DNA from: Parcubacteria group bacterium
GTDB taxonomy: Bacteria; Patescibacteriota; Minisyncoccia; Moranbacterales; UBA2206
Length of the DNA stretch: 64,000 nt
NCBI GenBank assembly: GCA_041661275.1
Contig: JBAZUU010000003.1
Location: forward strand, 92,833 to 156,832
Direction of reading: 5' to 3'
A program made the translations under genes and the position numbers. The first letter of the stretch is position 1, and each line of letters opens with the position of its first letter. This document shows positions 1 to 9,442 of the stretch, one piece after another. Below the pieces are notes generated by a model that saw only the letters and a program-made list of their open reading frames with translations, did not search any database and was not told the DNA's origin.

Positions 1-51
1 CAAGTATTTTAGAAAAAACATTTCATCCAGTAGAAGACAAGGCAGAGTGAA

Positions 52-93
52 AAAGACTGGTTGCGAAATTTCCAACCAGTCTTTATTTTTTTT
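52..93 (+). terminator. Intrinsic terminator-like hairpin
   Basis: 12-bp stem aaagactggttg/caaccagtcttt followed by a T-run. Confidence 0.65.
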
Positions 94-109
94 ATTCGGT
101 AAGTTGTCT

Positions 110-319
110 ATCGGTATCGGCATTCCTAAGGACGAAATCCCCTATTTATTCGAAAAATTCTCGAGAGGGAAGGATGTCGGACGACTCAACGCCGGCGGAA
201 CGGGACTTGGCCTTCACGTGGGGATAAAGATGATAGAAGAACTGCACGGCCGCATCTGGATAGAATCGGAAGGTGCGGGGAAAGGTTCCACTTTCTTTGT
301 TGAGCTGCCGGTGGGGTAG
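110..319 (+). pseudogene. Orphan C-terminal fragment of a sensor histidine kinase (HATPase_c G1/F/G2 boxes)
   Basis: GIGIP..LFEKFSR..GGTGLGL..HGRIWIESEG.GKGSTFFVELP; the upstream part of the ORF is a terminator hairpin, so there is no N-terminal kinase part. Confidence 0.75.
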
Positions 320-386
320 GAGAGCTTGACAATCGTCTAAAAATCGTCTAATATATGTCTATAAGGAGCTAACTAAATAGACATTT

Positions 387-1415
387 ATGTTTAAGCCAAA
401 ATATACAATAACCAACAAGCTTTTAGGCAATATCAAGCGCATAGCGGAAATTGTTACCGACCTTAACAGCCGCAGTTTCCCGAAAGTCGTGCTTTATGAA
501 ATGGAACGCCGCGCTCGAGAAATATCAGCTCATTCTTCGACCAGCATTGAGGGCAACCCTTTGCCGCTTACGGAAGTTAAAAAAATTCTCAAAAACAAGC
601 CGGAATATGTTCGTGATTCCGAAAGAGAGATTTTGAATTATAACAAGGCCTTGGTTGAATTAAATGAATTGATTAAGGCGAAAGAAATTTCCCTGGACAT
701 CGAATGGCTGGAAAAAATTCAAAAAATGGTTACTGAAGACCTTATTGAAAAACATCGCCAGGGACATATTCGCACTGAACCGGTTTTTGTTAATAATCCA
801 AAAACTCGAAAAACAATTTATTGGCCGCCTGATCATCAGGAAGTGATGCCTTTACTAAAAGATCTATTTAATTTTCTAAAAGAAAACGTTCGGAAAATTG
901 ACCCGCTCATTCTGGCTGGAATTTTTCATAAAGAGTTTGTGATTATTCATCCGTTTATCGATGGCAATGGCCGTACGACACGACTGGCAACTAAAGTGCT
1001 TCTTGCAAAAATGGGGCTGAATACCTTCAATCTATTCAGTTTTGAAAACTATTACAACCAAAATGTCACTCGATATTTTCAAGAAGTAGGATTGGTCGGT
1101 AATTATTACGATCTTAAAGATAATGTCGATTTTACTTATTGGCTTGAATATTTTACGGATGGGATTATCGACGAACTTCTGCGAGTAGAAAAAGAACTGG
1201 AAAAAGAAGCGATTAGCCCTGACACAATTCTCAAAGATTATCACCAAAAAATAGTTGATTCTATTAAAAAGAGGGGTTTTATTACCGACAAGGATTATTC
1301 CGAGCTGACTGATCGTGCCAGGCCGACCAGGAATTTGGATTTTAGGAAACTCATTAATTTGGGAATTATCGTGAAGATTGGCAAAGGTAAGGCGACTTAT
1401 TATAAGTTGAAATGA
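387..1415 (+). CDS. Fic family protein with C-terminal HTH
   Basis: Fic motif HPFIDGNGRT; N-terminal SSTSIEGN; winged-HTH-like C-terminus. Confidence 0.92.
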   Translation: MFKPKYTITNKLLGNIKRIAEIVTDLNSRSFPKVVLYEMERRAREISAHSSTSIEGNPLPLTEVKKILKNKPEYVRDSEREILNYNKALVELNELIKAKEISLDIEWLEKIQKMVTEDLIEKHRQGHIRTEPVFVNNPKTRKTIYWPPDHQEVMPLLKDLFNFLKENVRKIDPLILAGIFHKEFVIIHPFIDGNGRTTRLATKVLLAKMGLNTFNLFSFENYYNQNVTRYFQEVGLVGNYYDLKDNVDFTYWLEYFTDGIIDELLRVEKELEKEAISPDTILKDYHQKIVDSIKKRGFITDKDYSELTDRARPTRNLDFRKLINLGIIVKIGKGKATYYKLK

Positions 1416-1427
1416 AGAAGTATAAAG

Positions 1428-1636
1428 GGAATAAAAATGATAGAAGAACCCCGTAAAATTCCGCCAAGCGGAATAACGGGGCAGGCTCCACGGTCGCACC
1501 CCGTAAAGCTTACGCCACGGGGCAGGTCTTGATAGAATCCGCCCGCCTGCGGTTCGACTGAGCTCGCCGAAGTCCGGCGAGGCAGGAAGGCACGGGCAAA
1601 GGCTCGACGTTTTTTGTGGAACTGCCGGTGGAGTAG
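1428..1636 (+). pseudogene. Second, decayed histidine-kinase tail interrupted by three palindromic insertions
   Basis: Removing 1449-1485, 1499-1526 and 1542-1586 gives GIKMIEELHGRILIESEGTGKGSTFFVELPVE*, nearly identical to the protein encoded at 221-319. Confidence 0.85.
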
Positions 1637-1798
1637 GGGAAATTTTAGCCTTGCTGCTTTTCCCCAAAGCTAAACTTTTTGATATTCCAGGGCTTTTCCC
1701 TAAAGCTTAAAGCTTAGCTTTTCCGAAGGGCTGAAAAAGGCTCTTTTTTTGTGTTATTTCCAGTTGATTTTTTCCCTAAAATAGGCTATAATTAGACT

Positions 1799-2002
1799 AT
1801 GCACAACTGGTCAGTTGATACAACTGAATTAAAAAAGGATAAAAAACAATATGCCATTTGGCGTCTGGAGCAGATGGTTAATTTTGGCTTGGAAGGGAAA
1901 AAAATAAACCGCGAAGAACTGAAAAAATACTGGAAGATCCTCAATCTTGATCATAATAAAAAACAATATCTGAAAATGATTTTATGGCCAAAACAATCCT
2001 AA
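1799..2002 (+). CDS. Small putative antitoxin partner of the downstream nucleotidyltransferase
   Basis: 67 aa, overlaps the start of the AbiEii-like gene; WRLEQMVNFG motif. Confidence 0.6.
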   Translation: MHNWSVDTTELKKDKKQYAIWRLEQMVNFGLEGKKINREELKKYWKILNLDHNKKQYLKMILWPKQS

Positions 2003-2643
2003 GTACTAATCAGATTAAGATTCTGGAGGCAATTAGCAAGGACAACGCAATTTGCCAAAATTTTTATTTGACCGGCGGGACAGCTCTGGCAGAATATTAT
2101 CTGCAACACCGCCTGTCGGAAGACCTGGATTTTTTTTCAGAAGTAGAGTTTGATATCCAGGCGATAAGCATATTTTTCGCCAAAAATAAGAAAGCGTTTG
2201 GAATAAAAAAGATTGATTTTCAGCAAAGCTTTAACCGTAATCTGATTTTCTTGCATCTTCCAGGCGATGTTATAAAAATGGAATTTACTTATTTCCCATT
2301 TCCCAGAATCGAAAAGAAAATCAAAAGAAATAAATTGTTTGTGGATAGTTTAGAGGACATAGCGGTTAATAAGCTGTTTACCATTTATCAAAAACCGCGT
2401 TCCAGAGATTTTATTGACCTATATCTGATTATGAAAAAAACTGGCTATTCAATAGAAGAGTTAATCAAAAAAACTAAAGTAAAGTTCGATTGGCACATTG
2501 ATTACCTCCAGCTTGGTAGTCAGTTTATGCAGGCTAAAGTTGTCAAAGATTATCCGCGGATGCTAATGAAACTAAAAAATGAAGAGTGGCAGAAATTCTT
2601 TATTTTGCAGGCAAAAAGTTTTAGCGGAAAAATTGTAAGTTAA
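1984..2643 (+). CDS. AbiEii/AbiGii-type nucleotidyltransferase toxin family protein
   Basis: FYLTGGTALA..HRLSEDLDFF, NKL and RSRDFIDLY motifs. Confidence 0.85.
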   Translation: MAKTILSTNQIKILEAISKDNAICQNFYLTGGTALAEYYLQHRLSEDLDFFSEVEFDIQAISIFFAKNKKAFGIKKIDFQQSFNRNLIFLHLPGDVIKMEFTYFPFPRIEKKIKRNKLFVDSLEDIAVNKLFTIYQKPRSRDFIDLYLIMKKTGYSIEELIKKTKVKFDWHIDYLQLGSQFMQAKVVKDYPRMLMKLKNEEWQKFFILQAKSFSGKIVS

Positions 2644-2685
2644 TGCAGTCTTGATTGAACGCTTTTTTTACGCTAGGATGGAGGA

Positions 2686-3546
2686 ATGAAAATCACACTT
2701 TCTAAATTTGCCGGATTTTGTGATGGAGTGAAAAGAGCCTATGAAATGGTTCTGGGTATTGATATGGAACGGGTTGTGAAGCCTGTTTTTGCTTTGGGTT
2801 CCTTGGTGCATAATGATGAGGTGAACAGAAAAATAGAAGAAAAGGGGATAAAAAAGATAGAAAGGGACGATTTTTTCAATGCTGTCACGGGACAGATCGG
2901 GACGATCATCATTACCGCCCACGGAGTGGGACCGGATGTGTACAAAATTGCAATGGAAAAAGGAATTGAGGTCATTGATACTACTTGTCCAAAAGTGGTA
3001 AAAGTTCAACGATTGGCGAAATTATTCCACGAAAAAGAATATCGACTGGTGATCATTGGCGATCGTGATCACAAAGAAGTGCGCGGCATCAATGAATGGG
3101 GCGGAGGACATGCTTTTGTTATTTCCGAAAAGAAGGATCTGATAGATTTAGAATCTCCTTCAGACCAAAAGATAGGTGTTCTTTCGCAGACTACGCAAAA
3201 CGAAGATTTCTGCCGGGAAATTTACGCGGTCATAGTTGAAAAATACAAAAACGTGGAAACAAAAAAAACTACTTGCGATACTACCCACTCAAGACAGAGC
3301 GAGATAAAAAAAATGGCCAAAAATAATGATGTCATTCTGGTCATTGGCTCTAAAGATAGCGCCAATTCCCGTCGTCTTTGGGAAATTTCTGTTTCCATAA
3401 ATTCCAAGTCATATTTCATTGAGACGGCTAAAAATATCCGAAAAAATTGGTTGAAAAATATAGAAAAGATAGGAGTAACAGCCGGCGCGTCAACGCCGCC
3501 GTGGATCATCCAAGATGTTATGAAACATCTTGAAAATAATAAATAA
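2686..3546 (+). CDS. ispH: 4-hydroxy-3-methylbut-2-enyl diphosphate reductase
   Basis: GFCDGV, VHN, AHG, DTTCPKV, SQTT, TCDTT, SANS and GVTAGASTP motifs; three Fe-S cysteines. Confidence 0.93.
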   Translation: MKITLSKFAGFCDGVKRAYEMVLGIDMERVVKPVFALGSLVHNDEVNRKIEEKGIKKIERDDFFNAVTGQIGTIIITAHGVGPDVYKIAMEKGIEVIDTTCPKVVKVQRLAKLFHEKEYRLVIIGDRDHKEVRGINEWGGGHAFVISEKKDLIDLESPSDQKIGVLSQTTQNEDFCREIYAVIVEKYKNVETKKTTCDTTHSRQSEIKKMAKNNDVILVIGSKDSANSRRLWEISVSINSKSYFIETAKNIRKNWLKNIEKIGVTAGASTPPWIIQDVMKHLENNK

Positions 3547-3615
3547 ACTGTTGCTTTTTAGAGGCTTTTTAGTTATACTAAAAATAGATAATAACTCTTA
3601 ATGGAGCTGCGTTTT

Positions 3616-4419
3616 ATGTCTAAAATTATCATTGCCGAAGATGATCCAATGATCGCGGAAATATACGAGAAGAAGTTTACTGAAGCCGGATATGAGGTGG
3701 CGGTGGCGGATTCCGGCGACCAGGTTTTGACGCTGCACAAAAAAAATAATCCGGATATCATTCTCCTGGATTTGATCCTGCCAAAAATGAATGGTTTTGA
3801 GGTAATTGAAAATATCAGAAAAACTGACAAGGATACCAAAATAATAGTTTTTAGCAATCTCAACCAGGCGGAAGATCGGGAAAAAGCGTCGCAGTTGGGA
3901 GCTAACGGATTTGTGTCCAAGGCTGATTACGCGCCGAGTGATCTAGTCAGGGAAGTAGGGCGACTTACCAATCAGTTGAGAGAAGAAAAGGTTAATGGGG
4001 AAAAAGAAATTAGGGCGGCGGAGAATGGGGGGTTGGCAAATAATTCTGAAACGAAGGGGAAAATTTTGATGATGGAAGACGAGGAAATTTTTCGCGAGAT
4101 GTTTGGAGGAAAGTTGAAAGATGATGGATTCGCTGTCGATTTTGCTGAAGATGGGGCAGCCGGAATGAAAAAGGCGCTGGCAGGAAACTATGCCTTGTTC
4201 ATTATCGACATGATAATGCCCAATATTACCGGAGAAGAAATAGTAGTGAAATTGAAACGCGAGGAAAAAACGAAAAATATTCCCATTATAATTTTGTCAG
4301 CTTCAGTGGATGAAGCGATGCAGAGATCGATGGAAGACACGGGGATACAAGGGTTTTTTATCAAAACCCAATTGGTTCCGAGCGAACTATCAAAAAAAGT
4401 GGGAGAATTGTTGAAATAA
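3616..4419 (+). CDS. Response regulator with two tandem receiver domains
   Basis: IIIAEDD..LLDLILP..SK and ILMMEDE..IIDMIMP..IK. Confidence 0.85.
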   Translation: MSKIIIAEDDPMIAEIYEKKFTEAGYEVAVADSGDQVLTLHKKNNPDIILLDLILPKMNGFEVIENIRKTDKDTKIIVFSNLNQAEDREKASQLGANGFVSKADYAPSDLVREVGRLTNQLREEKVNGEKEIRAAENGGLANNSETKGKILMMEDEEIFREMFGGKLKDDGFAVDFAEDGAAGMKKALAGNYALFIIDMIMPNITGEEIVVKLKREEKTKNIPIIILSASVDEAMQRSMEDTGIQGFFIKTQLVPSELSKKVGELLK

Positions 4420-4421
4420 CA

Positions 4422-4503
4422 CTACGAATTACGAACTTGTACGAATGTAACGAAATTACGAATATTAATTATTCGTACATTCGTAAGTGTTCGTAATTCG
4501 TAG
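4422..4503. repeat. Palindrome built from TACGAAT-type heptamer units
   Basis: 15-bp terminal inverted repeat ctacgaattacgaac/gttcgtaattcgtag enclosing further units. Confidence 0.85.
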
Positions 4504-4520
4504 AGATTAATACTAATCAC

Positions 4521-5840
4521 ATGAAACGAACATTGATCAGTGAAACACCAAGTTTAATAGGAGAAACAGTACGGCTTCAAGGCTGGGTCAATACGCGCCG
4601 CGATCACGGCAAGCTTATTTTTATCGATCTTCGCGACCGGACAGGAGTGGTGCAAATGGTGGTTATTCCAGACAAGATGGAAGCGCACCAAACCGCTAAA
4701 GAAGCACGTAATGAATATGTCATCGAAATAGAGGGCTTAGTCAAAAAGCGTCCAGGGAGTCAAAAAAAAGAGGATAGCGCCACAGGAGAAGTGGAAATTG
4801 AAGTGTCAGAAATGAAAATAATTTCAGCGGTTGCGGGCGAGTTACCTTTTGACACGGCCAAAGCCGAACTTGATCTCAATATCCCGACGCTTCTCGACAA
4901 TCGCCATCTCACTCTTCGCAACAAGAAAATAAATGATATTTTCAAAGTCTATAGCCAGATCCTGAAATCATACGCGGAGGTGATGCGGGAAAACGGATTT
5001 TTAGAAATAAAAACACCAAAAATTGTTTCGGCGGCGACAGAGGGCGGCGCCAACTTTTTTAAGATAAAATATTTCAAACGCGAAGCATTTTTGGCGCAAA
5101 GCCCCCAGTTCTACAAGCAAGCCGGAGTAGGCGCCTTTGAACGTGTTTTTGAAATCGGTCCAGTTTTTCGAGCCGAACCTCATTATACTACGCGACACGT
5201 CAACGAATATATTTCTTTTGACGCGGAAATGGGATTTATTGAAAATTTTTCCGACATCATGGACGCGCTGGAAATGGTTGTCAAAAGAATTGTAAATGAT
5301 ATTGAGAGAAAGTGCGAAGCAGAACTCAGGGATTATCCAAGCGAATTCTTGGTTCCTGACCGTTTCCCGCGGATAAAATTAACCGAAGCGATGGATGTTC
5401 TCAAAAAAGAGTATAACAAAGAAAAAATGGGCGTGGACATCGATCCGGAAGGAGAAAAATTGATTTCCGAATGGGCCAAAAAAACATACGGGAGTGACTT
5501 CATCTTCCTCACACACTATCCAACTTCCGCCAGACCTTTCTACACTATGCCGAGTTCTGATCCGCAGTACACGGAAAGTTTTGACCTCATTTATCGCGGA
5601 GTGGAAATTGTTACCGGAGGACAGAGGATTCATAATCCGGAACAGCTAGTGGCTAGCATAAAAAAACATCATCTTGATCCCAATGATTTCAAGGATTATA
5701 TCGAAATTTTCCGCCTCGGCATGCCGCCACACGGTGGTTGGGCGATAGGATCAGAAAGATTAGCCCAAAAAATTCTGGGTCTCCCCAGCATCAAACAAGC
5801 AATTCTTTTTCCGAGGGATGTGAGGAGGCTTACTCCGTAA
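4521..5840 (+). CDS. aspS: Aspartyl-tRNA synthetase, short (archaeal-like, probably non-discriminating) type
   Basis: OB fold GWV..RDHG.LIFIDLRD; LAQSPQFYKQ, FRAE, GGQRIH, GMPPHGG; 439 aa, no GAD insert. Confidence 0.9.
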   Translation: MKRTLISETPSLIGETVRLQGWVNTRRDHGKLIFIDLRDRTGVVQMVVIPDKMEAHQTAKEARNEYVIEIEGLVKKRPGSQKKEDSATGEVEIEVSEMKIISAVAGELPFDTAKAELDLNIPTLLDNRHLTLRNKKINDIFKVYSQILKSYAEVMRENGFLEIKTPKIVSAATEGGANFFKIKYFKREAFLAQSPQFYKQAGVGAFERVFEIGPVFRAEPHYTTRHVNEYISFDAEMGFIENFSDIMDALEMVVKRIVNDIERKCEAELRDYPSEFLVPDRFPRIKLTEAMDVLKKEYNKEKMGVDIDPEGEKLISEWAKKTYGSDFIFLTHYPTSARPFYTMPSSDPQYTESFDLIYRGVEIVTGGQRIHNPEQLVASIKKHHLDPNDFKDYIEIFRLGMPPHGGWAIGSERLAQKILGLPSIKQAILFPRDVRRLTP

Positions 5841-5841
5841 G

Positions 5842-5944
5842 AACCTCACTCATAATCCCTCTCCTTATGAAGGAGAGGGAGGATACGTTACCTTCTCCTT
5901 TATAAGGAGAAGGTGCGACGACGATAGTCGGAGCGGATGAGGTA
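5842..5944. repeat. CCCTCTCC/GGAGAGGG double-hairpin REP-like element
   Basis: ccctctcctt-atg-aaggagaggg and ccttctcctt-tat-aaggagaagg; related hairpins at 36455-36503, 37454-37504 and 48345-48394. Confidence 0.7.
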
Positions 5945-5966
5945 AGATAAATACAAAAATAAAATC

Positions 5967-7172
5967 ATGAAACAGCACGACGAAGCTTATAATAAGGGGA
6001 AAATGAGACTTATTAGTTTTGTTGCTTTTCTTATGGGATTTGCGCAAGCGGTGCTTCTCTATGTGATGTCCACTTATTTTAAGCGAGCTTCCGGAATAGA
6101 GAATATAGGACTATTTTATCTCGTGGCTTACGCCATAACACTTATCATATATTTAAATCTTCATAAAATCATAAAAAAGATTGGCAAATCCAATGCTTTT
6201 TTCTTTTCCTTGTTTTTCAAGATTATTGCCATTGTGATACTTATGAATTGGTCGCCATCATATATCACAGTCATCGTGATGATGTTTTATATAATTATGG
6301 GCAATCTGGAGTGGCTGAGTCTGGACATCATCATCGAATCTTTTTCTACCGATACAATGTCTGGGCGCATCCGTGGTCGGTATCTAACCATTCTCAACGC
6401 CGGACTGCTTCTTGGTCCATTTGTTTCCACTTCTCTCCTTGCTAAATTTGATTTTTGGGGAGTATTCTTGGCGCTTTTCATATTTAACTCACTGATATTT
6501 GTCATTTCTCTTTTTGGACTTGCTAATGTCAATCATAAATTTGAAGCCAATCTGACATCGCGCGCTCTGCTCAAAAAGATTTTTAAGAGAAAAAACATTA
6601 TGCGAGCCTATTACGTTTCATTTGTTTTGGAATTTTTCTATGCACTGATGATTATTTACACGCCTATCTATCTGCGTGATTCCGGGCTTTCCTGGGAACA
6701 GATCGGTTACATTTTTACCGTAATGCTCATTCCTTTCGTTCTAGCGCAATACCCGATGGGAGTTTTGGCTGACAAAAAGTTCGGGGAAAAAGAATTTATG
6801 ATTTTTTCCTTGATAACAATGGCTCTTTCCACGGGCGTCATATTTTTTATCGGAACTTCAGATGTGGCTGTTTGGGCATTAGTTTTGTTTTTGACTCGAA
6901 TCGGGGCGGCGCTTGTTGAGGTTTTGCGCGACTCCTATTTTTTCAAACGCATCGACGCGCATGACGTCGATATCATCGATTTTTTCCGCACCGCTCAAAG
7001 CTCGGCCTACATTCTCGCTTCCATCATATCAGCCATCATTCTCATCTTTTTCTCTATCAAAGTTATCTTTCTTGTGGTAGCTTTTGTAGTCTTTTCCGCC
7101 CTCATTCCGGCCATAAAGCTTCGGGATAATAAGTGCGAGGAGGAAATTTTGGCTGAAAAAGCGGTATTTTGA
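5967..7172 (+). CDS. MFS transporter
   Basis: About 12 hydrophobic segments; GVLADKKFG motif-A-like sequence. Confidence 0.85.
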   Translation: MKQHDEAYNKGKMRLISFVAFLMGFAQAVLLYVMSTYFKRASGIENIGLFYLVAYAITLIIYLNLHKIIKKIGKSNAFFFSLFFKIIAIVILMNWSPSYITVIVMMFYIIMGNLEWLSLDIIIESFSTDTMSGRIRGRYLTILNAGLLLGPFVSTSLLAKFDFWGVFLALFIFNSLIFVISLFGLANVNHKFEANLTSRALLKKIFKRKNIMRAYYVSFVLEFFYALMIIYTPIYLRDSGLSWEQIGYIFTVMLIPFVLAQYPMGVLADKKFGEKEFMIFSLITMALSTGVIFFIGTSDVAVWALVLFLTRIGAALVEVLRDSYFFKRIDAHDVDIIDFFRTAQSSAYILASIISAIILIFFSIKVIFLVVAFVVFSALIPAIKLRDNKCEEEILAEKAVF

Positions 7173-7228
7173 CCAAATCTTTAGAGTGATGTATAATTTT
7201 ACGGCGGAATAAAAATTATATTTTCATT

Positions 7229-7432
7229 ATGAGAATTACTAAGTGTGACATTTGCGACAAGACAATTAAGGATACGGCAAAAAGTGTGTGGGTTTCAATC
7301 GGTGGTTTTCTTTCTACGGATTCCTTCCAAGTCTGTCTTGATTGTGGTAAACCGGTGACAAAATTTCTAATAAGTAAAAAATTAGTTAAAAATAATAAAG
7401 ATGATAAAAAATATGCAAAAAAAAGCAAATAA
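7229..7432 (+). CDS. Small hypothetical protein with CxxC...CxxC
   Basis: CDIC and CLDC; preceded by tgTATAAT near 7190. Confidence 0.55.
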   Translation: MRITKCDICDKTIKDTAKSVWVSIGGFLSTDSFQVCLDCGKPVTKFLISKKLVKNNKDDKKYAKKSK

Positions 7433-7646
7433 GAAAATGACGCTTGAAGGTTTGGCGGCGCTAACTGTAAATGAAATAAATAAACTTGAGAGTAAGCTTA
7501 CTACAGAAATAAGAAGCACCGTAGACAAAGCGAAAGAAGAATTGAAAACGGAGATTAATAAGAAAGTGGATATTTTTACGCATAATGATCTTAAATTTCG
7601 TGTGGAAAAGTTGGAAGAAAGGGTTGGAATAGCACGGAAGAAGTAG
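7401..7646 (+). CDS. Small coiled-coil hypothetical protein
   Basis: ORF with heptad character, followed by a hairpin at about 7683-7708; start uncertain. Confidence 0.55.
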   Translation: MIKNMQKKANKKMTLEGLAALTVNEINKLESKLTTEIRSTVDKAKEELKTEINKKVDIFTHNDLKFRVEKLEERVGIARKK

Positions 7647-7765
7647 GATAGCTAAAAAACCTTTATATAAGCCAAAAACACCCAAACGGCTGGACAAAAG
7701 CCGTTTTTAGATTTATTTGAATAAAGTGCCTTGTTATGGTATTATTTAATAGTAAAAATTAATTC

Positions 7766-7892
7766 ATCCCCCACCACTTTTCCGCTTTTTTCTTTTAAAT
7801 TAAATTGGCCTTATTTAAAGAATTAGCGATTTATTCAGATATTAAAACTTGTTTTTTGCGCCTTTGGCGCAAGCGAAAAAGTGGTGGGGGAT
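7766..7892. repeat. Long inverted-repeat (MITE-like) element
   Basis: 16-bp perfect IR atcccccaccactttt/aaaagtggtgggggat; the same left end recurs at 63986. Confidence 0.7.
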
Positions 7893-7901
7893 AAAAAACC
7901 T

Positions 7902-8399
7902 ATGGCAATATCAGCAAAAATAACCAAATATTTGGACGATAATAAGTATAAATATCAGGTCGTCGAACATAAGACCGTTTTTACCGCCTGGGACAAAGCG
8001 CAGACGGAAAAAGTTAAGCCTGCCGAAGTTTCCAAGTCTCTTGTGGTAAAAATTGACAATGATTACGCGTTGGCGCTGGTACCGTCTAATAAAAAACTGG
8101 ATAAGGCTAAGCTTTTGAAAGTTATTAACGCGCAGAGAAAAAAAGAAAAGCTGAAAAATTATAAAAAGCTGGATTTGGCCAAGGAAGTTTGGATGAAAAA
8201 GAGTCTGCCGGGGAAAGTCGGCGCGACGCCACCATTTTCAGGGCTCTTAAAATTGCCGGTATACATTGACGGACTTTTAGCTAAAAACAAGAAAATATAT
8301 GTCGGATCTGGAGAGTACACGTTCTCATTTTTAGTTCCGGTTGGACAGTATTTGAAGATAGAAAAACCAGTAAAGGGGAGTTTCAGCGTCAAAAAATAA
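7902..8399 (+). CDS. YbaK/EbsC aminoacyl-tRNA deacylase family protein
   Basis: EHKTVFTA, KSLVVK, VGATPPFS, VGSG. Confidence 0.82.
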   Translation: MAISAKITKYLDDNKYKYQVVEHKTVFTAWDKAQTEKVKPAEVSKSLVVKIDNDYALALVPSNKKLDKAKLLKVINAQRKKEKLKNYKKLDLAKEVWMKKSLPGKVGATPPFSGLLKLPVYIDGLLAKNKKIYVGSGEYTFSFLVPVGQYLKIEKPVKGSFSVKK

Positions 8400-8404
8400 A
8401 CAGC

Positions 8405-8540
8405 CGTCATTCTGAGCGGAATGACCCCGCCTTGGCGGGGGAATGAAGTCGAAAAATCTGCTAATTATTAGCACTAGTGGTAACTTATAGTAGATCCTTC
8501 GACTACGTCCAATAAGAATTGGACTTCGCTCAGGATGACG
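8405..8540 (+). repeat. CGTCAT-type structured palindromic element, copy 1 (no ORF)
   Basis: cgtcattctgagcg...gtcgaaaaatctgcta / tagtagatccttcgac...cgctcaggatgacg. Confidence 0.9.
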
Positions 8541-8551
8541 GACTTTTGTGT

Positions 8552-9259
8552 ATGCCTTACGAAGTAAAACTTGAAAAATTTGAGGGTCCGATGGAGCTTT
8601 TGCTTGAGCTGATTGAGAAAGAGGAGATGAATATCACGGAACTTTCTCTAGCGCGGGTGACTGATCAGTATCTGGATCATATTAGAAACAGCGAGAACAT
8701 AACTTTATCCAATCTCGCTGATTTTTTGTCGGTGGCGGCGCGTCTCATTCTCATTAAATCGCGGGCGCTCATCCCGTCTTTTAATATTTCCCCCGAGGAG
8801 GAGGAAGAGATCAAAGATCTGACTTGGCAATTGGAGGAATATAGGAAATTTAAGGAAGCATCTTTGGCCATCGGGAAGCTGGCCAGTTTCAAAAAAATTA
8901 GCTATGCTAGAGAAGGTTATATCGGGGTAAGAGCGTTCTTTTGCCCGCCGGAAAAAGTGAATATATTTGATCTGAAAAAGGCTTTCGTCGCGGTTTTATC
9001 GCAAATTCCACTGGTGGAAAAACTGCAGGAAGAAATCGTGGCGGAAGTGATAACACTGGAAGAAAAAATAACAGCGCTGGAAAGCTCATTGCGGTTGCGG
9101 ATAGAATCATCATTTTCTGAATTTGTAGGCAGCGCGGAAAATAAAATTGATGTGATAATTTCCTTTTTGGCGGTGTTGGAGATGGTGAAGCAGAGGATAA
9201 TTGATGCAGAACAGGGGGATTTATTTGAAGAGATAAGGTTGAAAATAAAAACCAGTTAA
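8552..9259 (+). CDS. scpA: Segregation and condensation protein A
   Basis: FEGPMELLLELI, AARLILIKSRALIP, FLAVLEMVK. Confidence 0.92.
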   Translation: MPYEVKLEKFEGPMELLLELIEKEEMNITELSLARVTDQYLDHIRNSENITLSNLADFLSVAARLILIKSRALIPSFNISPEEEEEIKDLTWQLEEYRKFKEASLAIGKLASFKKISYAREGYIGVRAFFCPPEKVNIFDLKKAFVAVLSQIPLVEKLQEEIVAEVITLEEKITALESSLRLRIESSFSEFVGSAENKIDVIISFLAVLEMVKQRIIDAEQGDLFEEIRLKIKTS

Positions 9260-9267
9260 CACGCTTC

Positions 9268-9419
9268 CGTCATTCTGAGCGAACACGAGCAAAGCGAGTG
9301 TGAGTCGAAGAATCTACTAAAAGTTACCAGGAGTTTTACTATCAAAATTAAAACTTATGGTAACCTCAGGCAGATCTCTCGACTCATTCTCCCTCTGGTC
9401 GAACTCGCTCGAGATGACG
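9268..9419 (+). repeat. CGTCAT-type element, copy 2 (no ORF)
   Basis: cgtcattctgagcg...agtcgaagaatcta / gcagatctctcgact...cgctcgagatgacg. Confidence 0.9.
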
Positions 9420-9442
9420 GCGCTTGTTATTATCTATTTTTT

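Noticed and set aside
1032-1667. 211-aa minus-strand ORF and similar antisense ORFs over recJ, dnaK and dnaJ
   Set aside because: Shadows of + strand genes or repeats with no recognisable motifs
8468-8480. ttagcact half-CIRCE inside repeat copies 1 and 4
   Set aside because: No second half-site at 9-nt spacing; it is part of the repeat spacer
8519-8551. Shared N-terminus MDFAQDDG on scpA and on the permease at 27970
   Set aside because: It is the translated right arm of the CGTCAT repeat; true starts are 8552 and 28000 (likewise rseP at 58501)
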